Shown in pieces: positions 52,081 to 64,000 of a stretch of DNA of 64,000 bases. The notes under the pieces were generated by a model, which was not told the DNA's origin, made no database searches, and saw only the letters and a program-made list of their open reading frames with translations. Position 1 is the stretch's first letter. Every line of letters starts with the position of its first letter. Origin of the DNA: Marsupella aquatica (taxonomy: Eukaryota > Plantae > Marchantiophyta); the NCBI GenBank assembly GCA_973895155.1, contig OZ316895.1, forward strand, positions 1,564,412-1,628,411, written 5' to 3'. Both the position numbers and the translations under genes were made by a program.

Positions 52081-54577
52081 ATTAGAATATTGTGTTAGGG
52101 CAAGAAACTATGTTTGTTTGTGGGCACAAAAGTCTTCTTATTTTCATTGCTTTTGTTATTATGGTTATTGTGAGGTTGCTGGTGCCAAAATGTCATTTTG
52201 GTGAGTGTTATATGTCACCTTGTGTGGCATGGTGGGTAGGGGTACACGAGGCAAGGCAGGAAAAGGTAGGGCAATTGAGGGGAGGCCATTTTGATCAGAT
52301 GCAAGGAAAAAATCTACAAGGTGCTTTAGGTAAACAGACTAAGATGAGAAAAAAACAGGATTGAATATAGTCTGTAGTAGTTGATATGGAGTGAATTTTG
52401 AAGGGAACGTAGTCTGTAGGTCTTCATGTCAAAGCTCAGACCTATTAGAATGGCAGCTTTGTCAGAACCTCCTACTTCATCTGTGGATGATGTTGGACCA
52501 AATGAAGAGCCCATGCAACCCACTTTTGCTAGGGCTACACATTTTGGAGAAACAAGGAGGCATAGGGGCAGAGACCCCAAGAAAATGCCTTGGTGACTCA
52601 AAACTTTTGGTGTATGAGACTCCTTTGGTCAGATGTTTTACATTATTGGGTCTGATGTTTTGGGGGTTGTAGGTCTCCATGCAATGTTGACATTAGTGTA
52701 TTTACATGCTCATAAAAGCCTCTCTTGTTGTCTCAAATTGTTGTTTCACATATGCCACTGTTATTATAAGGCTATAAACAAGGTAGCTTTAGGAATGTCC
52801 TAGTTTAGTTTGAAGGTGACTTCAACTCCCTACCTAGTCTATATAATGCTAGTAAGTTGAAGCAGATATTTAGGGTTGTTTGTCATCTTGTATTAGATTT
52901 GTACTTAGTTTTCTCATTGAGTTCTGCAAATTTCATTTAAGTGAAAAATAAAACAATGGAAACATCCTGCACTCTTTATGCAGGTGTGGTCATTTGTCAT
53001 TTTTGTTGTTTTCTTCCTCCCCAGCATCTGTCCTAATATTTTCATTTTTTCACGAAGTACTGTCTGGTTTGATGGCTTGAAATGCCATTAGAAAACAAAT
53101 GAAAGACCCACTGTCTTTCCAAGGGTTTAGACTCCATTACCTCTTATTTTGATATGTCTATTTGTGTTTTCCTTGCACCAGCACTCCATTATTGGCCTCT
53201 GCCACGTGTCCAAATGGCTTCTTCCTCGAGTTCTTCCTCTACTTCCACGGCTGCTCTCAATCCCATCCTTGACCACTTTGCTGAGGCTTTGATGGATGAC
53301 ATTAGGGTGACTCAAATGTTAAGAAATGTGGGCTTTTAGTCAGTCCGACACTTTGCAGTGCGGGACATGGACTTAAAATGTGCAGTACATCAAGTTGGCC
53401 ACCGCATATTTTTGGCCGGGCTTTTTGCACACTGCAGGTGGACTCGCTACAAGCCCTCTCAAAGTTCAACCCCTCCTTGATTACGCATGCCCAAAACCCA
53501 TGTTGCAGCTGTAGTTTTGGCCCTGATTTTCTTGCAGTCAGTAGCCCGCACTACAAAAGAGAAGCACAAAGATTCAGCAGCCCGGACTAGGAATGAGAAG
53601 CACAAAGATTGAGGCACCCTAAGTATTGAAGCCTGCATGCATCCAAGACATGAACACCTTTCTGGCTAGCATGGAGGAGACACAATATGCATCTCATGTG
53701 AAGCACCCTATGTCCTTGGCCAGAGAACAAGGGCTGATCAAGGTGGAGAATTTCATGTCCACTACCCCAGTTTTCTCTATCATAGCTACCATGCTACCTC
53801 ACTAAGAACCCTTGGTCATCAGTCATCCCAGCGAGCCCAACAGTAGCAATTTATGGACACCCAAAATGCAGTGTTAATCGGTGTACCTCATCCAAACTGT
53901 TCATAGACCCAATAGGGAGTCTCAAAGCTTGGTCACTAGTGAAATATGGATTTGCAATATATCCCCATAACTCTGGTTATGGGACCAGTTATAGAATTTT
54001 AAAAATGGGGGGAGGTAACATTGACCTGCCCTATAAGGTAAGAGTTACAGACTCACTTGTCTCATAACATATATTATTTTTTTTCTCAATTTTTGATTAG
54101 CCATAACATATATATTTTTTTTCTCAATTCTTGATTAGCCATAGCCTCAAATACAGTTGCGATCACCACATCAGGAGCAAATCCACATGCTTTCCGTCAT
54201 GGTGAATCAAAGTACAAAACACTTTGTGAGTGTGGACTGGGTTTCTGCAGTGGTAGACTGTGTGCAGGAACTCTAGACTGAACTGTCAGAGGAACCCCTG
54301 AGGCTCTTGGTCCACAATAGCCCACAAGAACCATCCATGCCCAACCAAAAGACTCCTAATCACAGCTTCCAATCTCTAACAGAAAATTTTCTGCAATGTT
54401 GAAAAGAACATTCTCTTGGTCTGGACAAAACTGTGCACAGAGAACAGGTGCCCTTACAGTTTTAATGGTGATATTCTACAATGAGCTGATTTGTAATAAG
54501 TTGGTATTCTACTATTCACGATTCAAGCATTGCCGTATTCTGGAATTCAATTTGATTCTACGTAACATTTTTCTGAT

Positions 54578-55253
54578 TTGATTCTGAGACAACTTCACCC
54601 GAAGATTACGATAGCTGAGAATTTGTCGAGTCAACAGAGATTCCAAGATTACGATAGCTGAGAATTTGTCAACAGAGATTGCTGTGGTTGCAATCTTAAA
54701 AGCAACAAGTAATTGCTTGGACCACTTTGCCGATTTGATTCTGAGACAATTTCACTCGCAGATTGCCATACCTGAGAATTTGTCGACAGAGATTTGTCAC
54801 CAGAGCTTGTCAACAATACAAATAGAACCCAACCATACCATAAACTCAGGGCTACGGTTGTGCGCACGCCCTACATGGTCCAGTGTTAGAGCAAAAAGTC
54901 CAGAGAGTATTGGACTGTACTCTATCTTCCTGCCTTCACCAGTTTGCAGGCCAGATATGACAACCAATTGCAAGAGAGTGGCTCTGCAAAATATGATGTG
55001 TTTGGATGTTGTGCCTCCGGCTGCCTTCAAGCTGATCGGGAGTCCCGGGCTCTGCATCATTCTCGAATCTCCTGCAGCCTTGACAGACGGATCCATGAGT
55101 CAATCTAGTGTATCGGGTAATTCTCTCTCCATAGACGACAAGGTTGAATCGTTCTTCATTCTGAATCTCCTGCAGCCTTGACAAACGGATCCATGAGTGA
55201 ATCTAGTTGATTCATCCCTCGGCTATTCTCTCTCCATAGACGAGAAGATTGAA
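54578..55253. repeat. Cluster of degenerate tandem duplications
   Basis: GATTAC/GC.ATA.CTGAGAATTTGTC..CAGAGATT occurs three times (54604, 54647, 54761). TCATTCT.GAATCTCCTGCAGCCTTGACA.ACGGATCCATGAGT.AATCTAGT...TTCTCTCTCCATAGACGA occurs twice (~55057, ~55156). Confidence 0.75.
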
Positions 55254-56597
55254 GCTCAAATCTCAAATCCAAAAGAATTAAATTACTCGCTCAGTTGATT
55301 GCAATCATCGAACTTATGAAAATTTCTCAAGGGGGTTCATTGAACGGTGGCCGTCAACGGAACCTGCTATTAACAGTGAAAAATACCGTCTCCCCATGAC
55401 GTCGGTAAACTTGAGGGCTGCCAAAGGAGGGTAGAAGGCCCCGCAGCCCGTCCACTCTGCTTTTGGACTTGAGGGCTACCTTGAGCAATGAGAGGCTGAG
55501 ATTGTCTCCACTCTTTTCGGAGATGAAAAGGAAACCCTCACAACTGGTTTTGAGGGTTGATGGAACAGGGCTCTAAAGGCAGGCAGCATCTACTAGTGGG
55601 ACCCTCGAGATTGTAAGAGATGAGCTTTCCGTTAAGTGTCTAACCTGCAATAGGAAGCAAGGAATGACAGGCCATAGGATGGCTTGCGTAGGGGCACATC
55701 ACGCTGTCTCGCTTCCCATTTCGTCAGTCCGACGCTTCTGCCTCCGCTTTCTCATCATTCCGATGCTCCTCCGTCTCGAAGCCGAAACAGCAACTCTTCT
55801 ACCTCTGATCCAGGGATGATTACACGCTCGCTCATCCCTCGTGGCACACATGTTCTCCACATTTTGCCCGCTTGTCGCTACCGTAGTTGGCTGCTGCTGA
55901 GGACTGCCTGAGCTGAACTGGATCAGTCCTCTGGCCCTTCCGTGCCCTGCTCTGCATTCCTCCTCCACTCTACCCTGACTGGTTGGCTGGCTGGTGACGC
56001 CATGTCATTTTTTGTGCTGGTGATGGCCGCAACGCAATCAGGGATTTGATCCGATTTGGGGGCCCCGACAATGATTTGGAGCTGATCGGACATGGATTTG
56101 GATTTGTCCCGGAGCAGAAAATAAGCTCTGGCTTCTGGTCGGTGGTGTTGCGGATGGCATTCTGGAATGAAGGTCTTCAGGCACGGAGCTCCAGAATTGT
56201 TCTCGTTTGTCCGTTGGTCGCCAATCGGGTAAGTCTTCCTTTGGGGAGGGTTGACTTCGTGGTTCGTCTCCACGGATTGATTTTGAGGTAAATGAGGCAT
56301 ACATGTAGACTGAATCATTAGACGAAAAGGGTCCGTTAGCGTTCTGAGAGCCTTGCTCCCTCTTGGATTGTGTTTTCATTATTTTCGGGTTATCGTCCCG
56401 CACCTCTCAAGCAACGACCAATTGAAGTGCCTTAGGTAGCGACTGCGGTGGCGAGTATAGGCTGCTGAGAGAAATTGCGAATATATCCAGATCTCTCATG
56501 ATTTTGACGTCATCGTACACACAGCGTTTACTTGTCTTTGATTTTATTTGGAACCTCTAATTACGGATTCAATTGGAGCTGACAGAGAGGCAGAGCT

Positions 56598-59500
56598 ATG
56601 AGGCAACGTCAGCGGCCAGTGCTTCTTGCCCCCATAGCGTTCTTCTGGGCCAGCCTGTTCCTGTTCGGGGTTGCAGCCGCTAGCACTTCTTCCTACTTTA
56701 CGCGGAACGGAGCATATGGACATGTGGACTCACTACGGCAGCAAGATGTTCAGAGCAACATCGTACAATTCGGCAGTAGAAATGACAGGGGAAGCTATGG
56801 AATGGAGCAAAAACCAGATTTGACTAACATCAAGAGGGTTTTAAGGGATAATAGGGAACGTAGAGAGAAAGAGGATCATGATTCTGGCAAGGTTTTTCCT
56901 CTCAAGCAAAGTGCTGCCAGGGATTCGTTTAGAGGAGGCGATAGTCCACAACCGGTGGCAGGGATTCTGGGCACTCTCTCAGGGGAAGGGTTGGAATATG
57001 TGAAGGACGTGTTGGTGGGTGAGATTTTGGCGGAAGTGACCCCTTTAAAGATTGCGGATATCAAATCTCGAATTAACTCACCTGTCGGACGTCTCGATAC
57101 TCTTATCAGCGACCTTTATCTCGACGGGGTAGAGATCTACTACTCCGACATTGAGCTTAGCTCTTACGGTATCACGATTTACGCAGCAGGTATAACGGCT
57201 ACGTTGGAGGCACATTGGGAGTACGAGTACACCGCTAGCTATGTCCCATTTCCGGTAGAAGATGGTGGTAGTGCAGAAGTTAAGGTTGGTTATCCCTCTA
57301 CTTCTCTTTGGCTGGAGTTGATCTAAAAAATGCTTCATCCATTCAGTCTTCCCCTTTTGGCTGATCCGTGAAATCTTCACTAAGCAACTCCGCGTATTTG
57401 TTGGCTGAAGTGGCAAGTTTTGCTCTTCTTACATTTTTTATAATGAAAAACTGTTGGAATGATTTGATTGCCATATTCCTGGGATACAGGTCAGTGGCAT
57501 GCAGGCTGGGGTTACTTTTTACTTGCAAGAAAACAATGGGACCCTAAGGTTGGTCGTCGATGAAGCCGGGACTTATATTGAGGATCTAGAGATTGCGCTG
57601 CAAGGGGGAGCTTCATGGCTTTACCAGTGGTGAGTACTGAATCCCGCTTACGTGATTATTCATCATGTTTGTAGTTTCTTTTCTCAGAACTCTTAATTGA
57701 GTTCACTGGCGTAGAGATTCAAATAGTAGAGAAGGTTGTCACAGCTTGCAGGTGGTTGTGTTTTGTGTAAGTTGATTAATATCCCAAACTGGATCGCTGC
57801 ATTGAATTTGCATAAACTGGGTGCATCCCGTTGGATGCATATTTACAAGTCCTCTGTGTGTCAATGGAAAACGAGGAAAACTGTTATCGTGGTTGAGCAG
57901 CTGAATGTCGATAGTAGTCTGAATATTGGTCACGTCGACTTCTAATTCATCGTGAAGTCATATTTTAATCGGGTTTATGGTTTTGAAGTTTGCTTTACTC
58001 AGACTACGTAGTTTTATGGTTGAGCAGGTTTGTGTATGCATTTGACTACAATATCCGAGCTGCAGTTGAGGTTGCACTAACACAGCAGATGGTGAAAGGT
58101 GCTGAGCAGCTGGATGACTGGCTGCTTCACCTTCCCCGAGCTGTTCCTATTGATGACACATCTGCCATCGATGTCACTGTTATCCAAGACCCACTCTTAA
58201 GCGCCACATTTCTTAGTATTGGAGCTAGGGGTCAGTTTGTTTCCTTGGAGAAACCGAATCAATATCCAGACCCTGATGTAGAGTTACGTGCTGGGTTATT
58301 TTGTGACGAGTCTGTGAAGATGGTGACAATTGCTCTCAGTGATTATGTTCTCAACTCAGCTGCTTTTGTTTATTACGATGTAAGTTCTTCTTCAGTCTAC
58401 ATTCAAACTGCAGGCTGTTTTCCACTTCTGTTTGCGACATGCCTCGGTCTTGTTGCGCCTCGGTCTTGTTGCTTCATGTCAAAGACAACGTCGCCTTCCA
58501 CGTATGACATGTGATTATAGATATGTTACTCATTCTAGAATGGCACCGGTATATTTTCTGGGTTCATTTTACACTTTTTTCATACGACCACATGCGATGC
58601 CAAAGGTCGCTAAGATCCACTAGCTACAGTATTGATCGAAAGGTATTACGTGTGCTCTATAATATCTACAGCATGGCTAGAAAATCAAAAATGTTTTGCA
58701 TTAAAATGTGTTTCTACTTAGGACATCCAATTCTCCAACCACCACTTGACTGATGCTCACAGATTACTGTTGGCTTGTCAGTCAGGACAACTGTCATGGG
58801 ACGTTGATTCTTTACCGGGGAAGAAATATCTAAATACTGCTAGTTGGAGGTACATCATACCTAAGCTTTATAAGCAATATCCAAATGAGGATATGGTAAT
58901 CAATTTCGCAGTGTCCTCGGCACCAACTGTTGATATAACAAGCGAAGGGATCCGCGCAAATGCTGGTGCAGACATGACAATTGAAGTCAAGGATGGAGGA
59001 AACATAGTGCCCGTAGCATGCATCACCCTGGTAAGTGAAATCTTCAGATTTCTATATGTTGGGATACTCGCCACTGTTGCGAAGTTCATCACAAATGCTA
59101 ACCATGGAAGTTGAAGGTATCCCTATCCACAGCTGTGCGTCCTATCATCCAGGCTGGGCACGCAGATAGAGATTGTGATGCATGAGATGCTTTACTCATC
59201 GAGTAGGTTCTAACAAAAACTTTCGTATGCAGATGGTGTCCTTTGATGCGGTGGCAAGTCTCAACTATGCCAATATCACAGGACAGGCCACCTTGGATGA
59301 CCTTACGTTGGCATTAAAGTGGAGTGAGATCGGCAGCTTCCCGGTCATTCTTGTTCAGGTAGATAGTCGAGTCATAAAAGACCTAATAATTATCATTTAT
59401 ACAGTGTTGATTATCATTCGAGTTATGTGAAAGCCATTGTAAGGGTTGTTTGGGAGGTGGAAGTTTGAAGTGTGCATTATTTGACACTTACTAGTTCTTT

Positions 59501-60245
59501 GGATACAAACTTTTGTGTATTGAGGCTGGATTAGCAAGGAACATGAGAAAGGAGGTATCGGAAAAATAGTTTATCCTTTTAGGAGCACTTTTGAGGGGGT
59601 CGCCGTGGAGATCTATATGCGTTTGTCTGTTTTATTTTCGTCCCAGACATTTATCCTTGGGTGCTACATGTTTATATTTGGTAGGAGAGATATGAGACTG
59701 GCTGTTTCTTGATAGAGTTTCTTAGTCTTCGTTATTCTGTGGTAGACCTTCAGGACTTTTCAATGTGAGGTAGCAGCAGCAGCAGATCAATTGTCTGTCT
59801 GTTTATTCGGCTATTCTTGTAGTTTGTCCCATCAGTCAGTCACATTTGCATATATGACATATGTGACAAGAAGGCCCAATACTGTCTGGGCTTTATTACG
59901 TCATGAATCTACTTGGAGGTTTTTTGCAGATTTAGGGATAATCGTCGCTGTTTGCTAGGGTTGTCATAAGTACATGTTTGCGAGCGGATTTGACTTAACA
60001 CTGATTTGTTGTCCGTACAGGCAACAGTTCGAACGTTGGTGCAAGAACTCGTATTACCTCTAATCAATCTCAACTTGAAAAGTGGATTTCCCATTCCTAT
60101 GGTAGCTGGAGTAGCGATTGAAGATGCAGATTTGAGGTATGAAGATGGCTATCTTCTTGTGTGTACTGATATTCACTACAATGGAGGCTACTTCAAGTCG
60201 CAAAAGCAGCAAAAGAGCATTTTTGAAGGCCACAACAAGCAGTAA
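56598..60245 (+). CDS. LBP/BPI/CETP-family lipid-binding protein (plant LBR-like), 592 aa, 6 coding exons, N-terminal signal peptide
   Basis: Exons 56598-57284, 57490-57629, 58028-58379, 58782-59030, 59233-59358, 60021-60245; all GT-AG, 1779 nt in frame. Hydrophobic leader VLLAPIAFFWASLFLFGVAAA. BPI1-type LSGEGLEYVKDVL, WEYEY...DGGSAEVKVSGMQAG, LQGGASWLYQW. BPI2-type LSDYVLNSAAFVYY, LNTASWRYIIPKLYKQYPN, VPVACI, LPLINLNLKSGFPIP. Confidence 0.93.
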
Positions 60246-62729
60246 ATGTTCCACAAATATCAAACATTGCAAAAACCGACCGTCTAGCATATTTTGGGGA
60301 GCTGGTTGCAAATCCGCTGCTTTATGTATTCCAGAAGGACGTCACAGATCTTCACATTTGGAAAGTGACCAAATTGCATCATTATCTTCCTGGAAGTGCT
60401 CTCATGTGAAGAAGGACTTACGAAAACTTTGTCAAAGTAAAACTGTTTCGGTAGTTCAAAGGAGAGATGGATATTCAAGACGATCAGATTGGACATCTGT
60501 TTGGATTATATGGATAACCTCCCTATGTCACGCCTGTGTTGGTCAAGATACAAGCAGAAATTGCTAACATCCCTACAACATCAGGGCAATCTTTAATTGT
60601 ATGAGTAGAGTATTCGCCAAGTTGTATTCTTAAAGATGAGGTGAAATATTACACCTCAAGAATTTTATATCTGTAAATACTTGCAAAGGATACAGATTGT
60701 ATCTACGGGCACCTTCGTCTGGAGAGGGATATTTTCAGGAGAGAAGTTGCAGGCATCATGGTGTGGTGTCGAAGTGAGGAAATGCCAGACTGGCTTCGAT
60801 AAGCTATTGCAAAGACTTGGGGTCTGCAAATAGAACCAAATGCTGGAACTTCCCTATATTACCGTTGTCAAAATTGAAGTCAAAAAAGTGTTACGCATGG
60901 TAGGATCAATTCCCTTTTAAGCCAATTACCTTTTTGTGGCATGGAAGCATGGTTAAAGGAGTTGGAACTGATGAGTTTTTCTAAGTATGTTGGCTTGCAG
61001 CTGAGATCAGTGTGACAAGTAGTAGGTCAGTAAGCGAAGTATTGTGTCTGTTCTCTAAACTTTGGTGTTGTTGGTATCCTCGCTGAGAGTGTTATGCTTG
61101 TGAAAGTGTCTGGTCATAAATTTGCACTCCAGCCCCACGTTTTCTTTGGTGCACTGGGAAAGGAATGACATGGATCTTCTTTGAGTGATAAGACTTTACT
61201 GATGTCATAGTTTACCCATTAGCCTCGTTGTGGGTCCCTTCAAATTGACCTTTCGAAACTTCAGATTTATTCTCGTCTCTTGAGTGGGGAACTGTAAAGT
61301 TACTTGATTTTGGGAGTTCACTTTGGCTGGCACCACGCCACTCAATGCGCTTGTCCCGTTTCTCTAGCTGGACTTCTCGACGCCACCAACAGTGACAGTC
61401 CTATCTGATATATTCTTGAGAGCTTGATTTCTCAACGGTTGGGGACAAGTTACAATTTTTAGTTTAGTTTAGTTTAGTTTAGACCGAATTAGGTACATTT
61501 TGAACTATGTTACCAGCGAGCCGAGTAAGAAATTACTATGTTCTAGTAATCCGTCAACATTGGGTGATAATAAAGGATTGACCGAGGTTGTAAGGGCTGT
61601 GCTCTAGCGAGTTCTTCCATTCACCGTGAAATTGAAGTAACGCGAATACCAGCATTGCTGATGATAGGAAATTAAAAATATCAGTCTATTGTCAGAATTT
61701 GCTCTAGAGAGAGAATCTCCAGAACTTGCTCACCTGACCTGAAATTTACCTTGTCAAGTACTGCAGGAATCGTCTACAAAAGACATCTGTACTTGTGAAA
61801 TACTTCCAGAATTTGCGTTATTTGTGAATTAACTTCGGAACGGTGAAATACTTCACACAACTCGACTCGAAAGAGAATTCTTGTGGTGACCACCCACGAT
61901 CTCGCTTACAGTTTTCTTCCCAGTCACAGCAGTTCCCTGTTGGGAAGTCATCGGTGCTTGTTTCTCAACAAGGCTCGTTGAACTTACACCACACTCACAC
62001 AATGGGCAAACCCAAAAAGCATATACTGTCAAGTCCTGCCCTTATTTTCACTGTCTTGGTGGGGTGGGGCGCGAGAGGTAAGGGACCGGGGTTTGCCAAC
62101 TCTTTCTCGATGCCAGAACTCATGAACCCTTGGTTTAGCCACAACGCCTACTCGGGGATGTTGGCCTCATATCCCACACATTTGCTGACGGGTCCTACTG
62201 ATGTTCTGTCCAGTCATGGGGTTTATCCGGCCTCGTTTTTTGCGTCCCATTTCCCAGCAATATTCATCACCCAATTATCTCAAGCGTCTGCAATAGTCCA
62301 TTGTTGTGGGTCATTGATTTCCCACCATTTGTTTGTATGTGTACTCATTGTTTTCGAGGAGTTCGTCCTAAAGCGGTGTTGGTGATCAATGTCGACATTT
62401 TAGACTTTGGTAAGAGGAGGTGATATTATCCGACAACCCTGGACCCATGTTATAGAATGTTATTTCATGAATTTTTATATTGGCTTTCTCCGAAGGCCAC
62501 CATCGATCGTACAGAACTGTAGGGTACTTGGCAAAGCTCTACAAATGTCGTTTGGTGTAATCGAAGGTTCTTCGATCCACCAATCTAGGCATGCCACCAT
62601 CGTACAGGACTGTACTTGGAGAGCTCTTCAATGTCGTTTGATGTAATCGAAGCTTCGGTACATCAATTATATTACAGCAGTTGTATGAGCGCATGCATTC
62701 AGTTGCTGTCAAATTTTCGTCGACGGAAA

Positions 62730-62852
62730 GAAATCTCAGTCAAATTACTGTTGTACAGTACGAAAAATGTACAAAACGTACCTGCAAGGAGAAATCTCAG
62801 TCAAATTACTGTTGTACAGTACGAAAAATGTACAAAACGTACCTGCAAGGAG
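62730..62852. repeat. 61-bp exact two-copy tandem duplication
   Basis: GAAATCTCAGTCAAATTACTGTTGTACAGTACGAAAAATGTACAAAACGTACCTGCAAGGA at 62730 and 62791. Confidence 0.9.
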
Positions 62853-63479
62853 TGACGAGAAGATATCGTACATCGGACAGTTTGAAGTTCTCATAATCTC
62901 CTTTATATATTGTGCCTGTCCACCCACGATGGTTGAGATCAGCTGAACATGACATTTCTCGAAAACTCGGAAACACGTATCTGGACGTACCGGCCATAAG
63001 TTCAGAATGATGGTGGCGGGATTTCTGGGAAGACATCCGGTCCGACTATCATCAAGGAGCCACTAGTAGTTGGCGAACGATCGCGACATCTTGATGATTT
63101 TCAGTCATCCTCAATCGATACATTCGACGAGGCCGGTCACGTGGATGATGAGAACCTGGACTCCTGGAGTGTGCTGTCAAGGCTTGTACAGAGTCAATAT
63201 GTTAGGTAGGCCGTTAGTTGTTCCTTCCTACTCGCCATTAATATCAGATATTCAGAATGCAACGCCACCCGTTTTCTTCAGTCCGCTTAAATTTCCATAT
63301 CACTCCTTCAGAGCTGCAGAAGTTCTCAAGCTGAATAGACAGACTTAGAACTCGCGGGACCAGAAGGTGAGTTGACTGGAAAGTTTTTCAAGAGAGGGAA
63401 ATTCAAAGGGAATGAACGAGAGGTCGATGACATTCGTTGTACTGCTATAAGTTCCCTTAAAGAATCAGAGATTGCGGTT

Positions 63480-64000
63480 ATGACAGGGGGTGTGAGTCAG
63501 GCAAGCGGAGCGGTGCTACTGGTACTGTTAATTGCAACTACTTGGTCCTCGAATTGTCAACTCCAAGCAGCGGAGGATGGAACCGAACGTCATGGCGCGA
63601 GGCCTACGAGATTTGTGACAGTAGAGGAGCACCGTGGAGTGAAGTCAGCCGAAGTGAGCGTAGAAAAGAATGCTCTGGAAGCTCGCAATAGGTGGCCTGG
63701 AGATGATGACAGAGGGCCAGGAGATCGCTCAGGAGACGACCACAGAGGGCCTGGAGACCGAGGTGATGGTCGAGGTCCAGGAGATGGCCGAGATCCTAGA
63801 GATGAACGGGGTCCTGGAGACGACCACAGAGGTCCTGGAGATCACCGAGGTCCCGGTGATGGTCGAGGTCCAGGAGATGGCCGAGATCCTAGAGATGGAC
63901 GGGGTCCTGGAGATGGACGGGGTCCCGGTGATGGTCGCGATCCTGGAGATGGCCGAGGACCAGGTAGGCCGAGCTCCGCTTCCCCTGGAGCTGAAACGAA
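63480..64000 (+). CDS. 5' part of a predicted secreted protein with a (PGDGRG)n Gly/Asp/Arg/Pro repeat; runs off the window
   Basis: ATG at 63480 and open to 64000: MTGGVSQASGAVLLVLLIATTWSSNCQLQAAEDGTERHGARPTRFVTVEEHRGVKSAEVSVEKNALEARNRWPGDDDRGPGDRSGDDHRGPGDRGDGRGPGDGRDPRDERGPGDDHRGPGDHRGPGDGRGPGDGRDPRDGRGPGDGRGPGDGRDPGDGRGPGRPSSASPGAET. Signal-peptide-like hydrophobic core. Repeat units differ largely at third codon positions. A plausible 5' UTR intron lies at 63367-63468 (GTGAGT...CAG). Confidence 0.8.
   Translation, partial: MTGGVSQASGAVLLVLLIATTWSSNCQLQAAEDGTERHGARPTRFVTVEEHRGVKSAEVSVEKNALEARNRWPGDDDRGPGDRSGDDHRGPGDRGDGRGPGDGRDPRDERGPGDDHRGPGDHRGPGDGRGPGDGRDPRDGRGPGDGRGPGDGRDPGDGRGPGRPSSASPGAET

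Noticed and set aside
55684-56403. Minus-strand ORFs of 89-131 aa divergent from the LBP/BPI gene
   Set aside because: No motif or consistent splice structure found. A divergent transcript cannot be excluded but is not supported from sequence alone.
63697-63966. Collagen-like interpretation of the Gly/Pro repeat
   Set aside because: Gly recurs every second residue (PGDGRG), not in the uninterrupted Gly-X-Y triplets needed for a triple helix.

Overview
This is eukaryotic land-plant genomic DNA with spliceosomal GT-AG introns. It is probably a bryophyte or liverwort-type genome, which is inference only. Five complete protein-coding genes can be rebuilt exon by exon: an ANTH-domain clathrin assembly protein (-, single coding exon), a SNAP25-type Qbc-SNARE (-, 5 exons), an intact WAT1/UMAMIT EamA transporter (-, 7 exons), a CBS-domain SnRK1 gamma-1-like protein (-, 6 exons) and an LBP/BPI lipid-binding protein (+, 6 exons). 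A second WAT1/UMAMIT copy at the window start (+) is a pseudogene with several frameshifts and stops. It carries a 1.8-kb transposon with ~550-bp terminal inverted repeats (TIRs) in one intron. At the right edge an ORF missing from the supplied track encodes a signal peptide followed by a (PGDGRG)n repeat. Intergenic DNA holds several MITEs with verifiable target-site duplications (TSDs): a 9-bp-TSD Mutator-like pair, and three 8-bp-TSD elements with unusual C(T/C)(C/T)RGGGG termini. It also holds a pre-miRNA-like hairpin, a tRNA-like remnant and many two-copy tandem duplications. I found no CRISPR array, rRNA or intact transposase, and nothing I can show to be a new biological system. The best leads are the repeat protein, the unassigned 8-bp-TSD element family and the long-TIR element.
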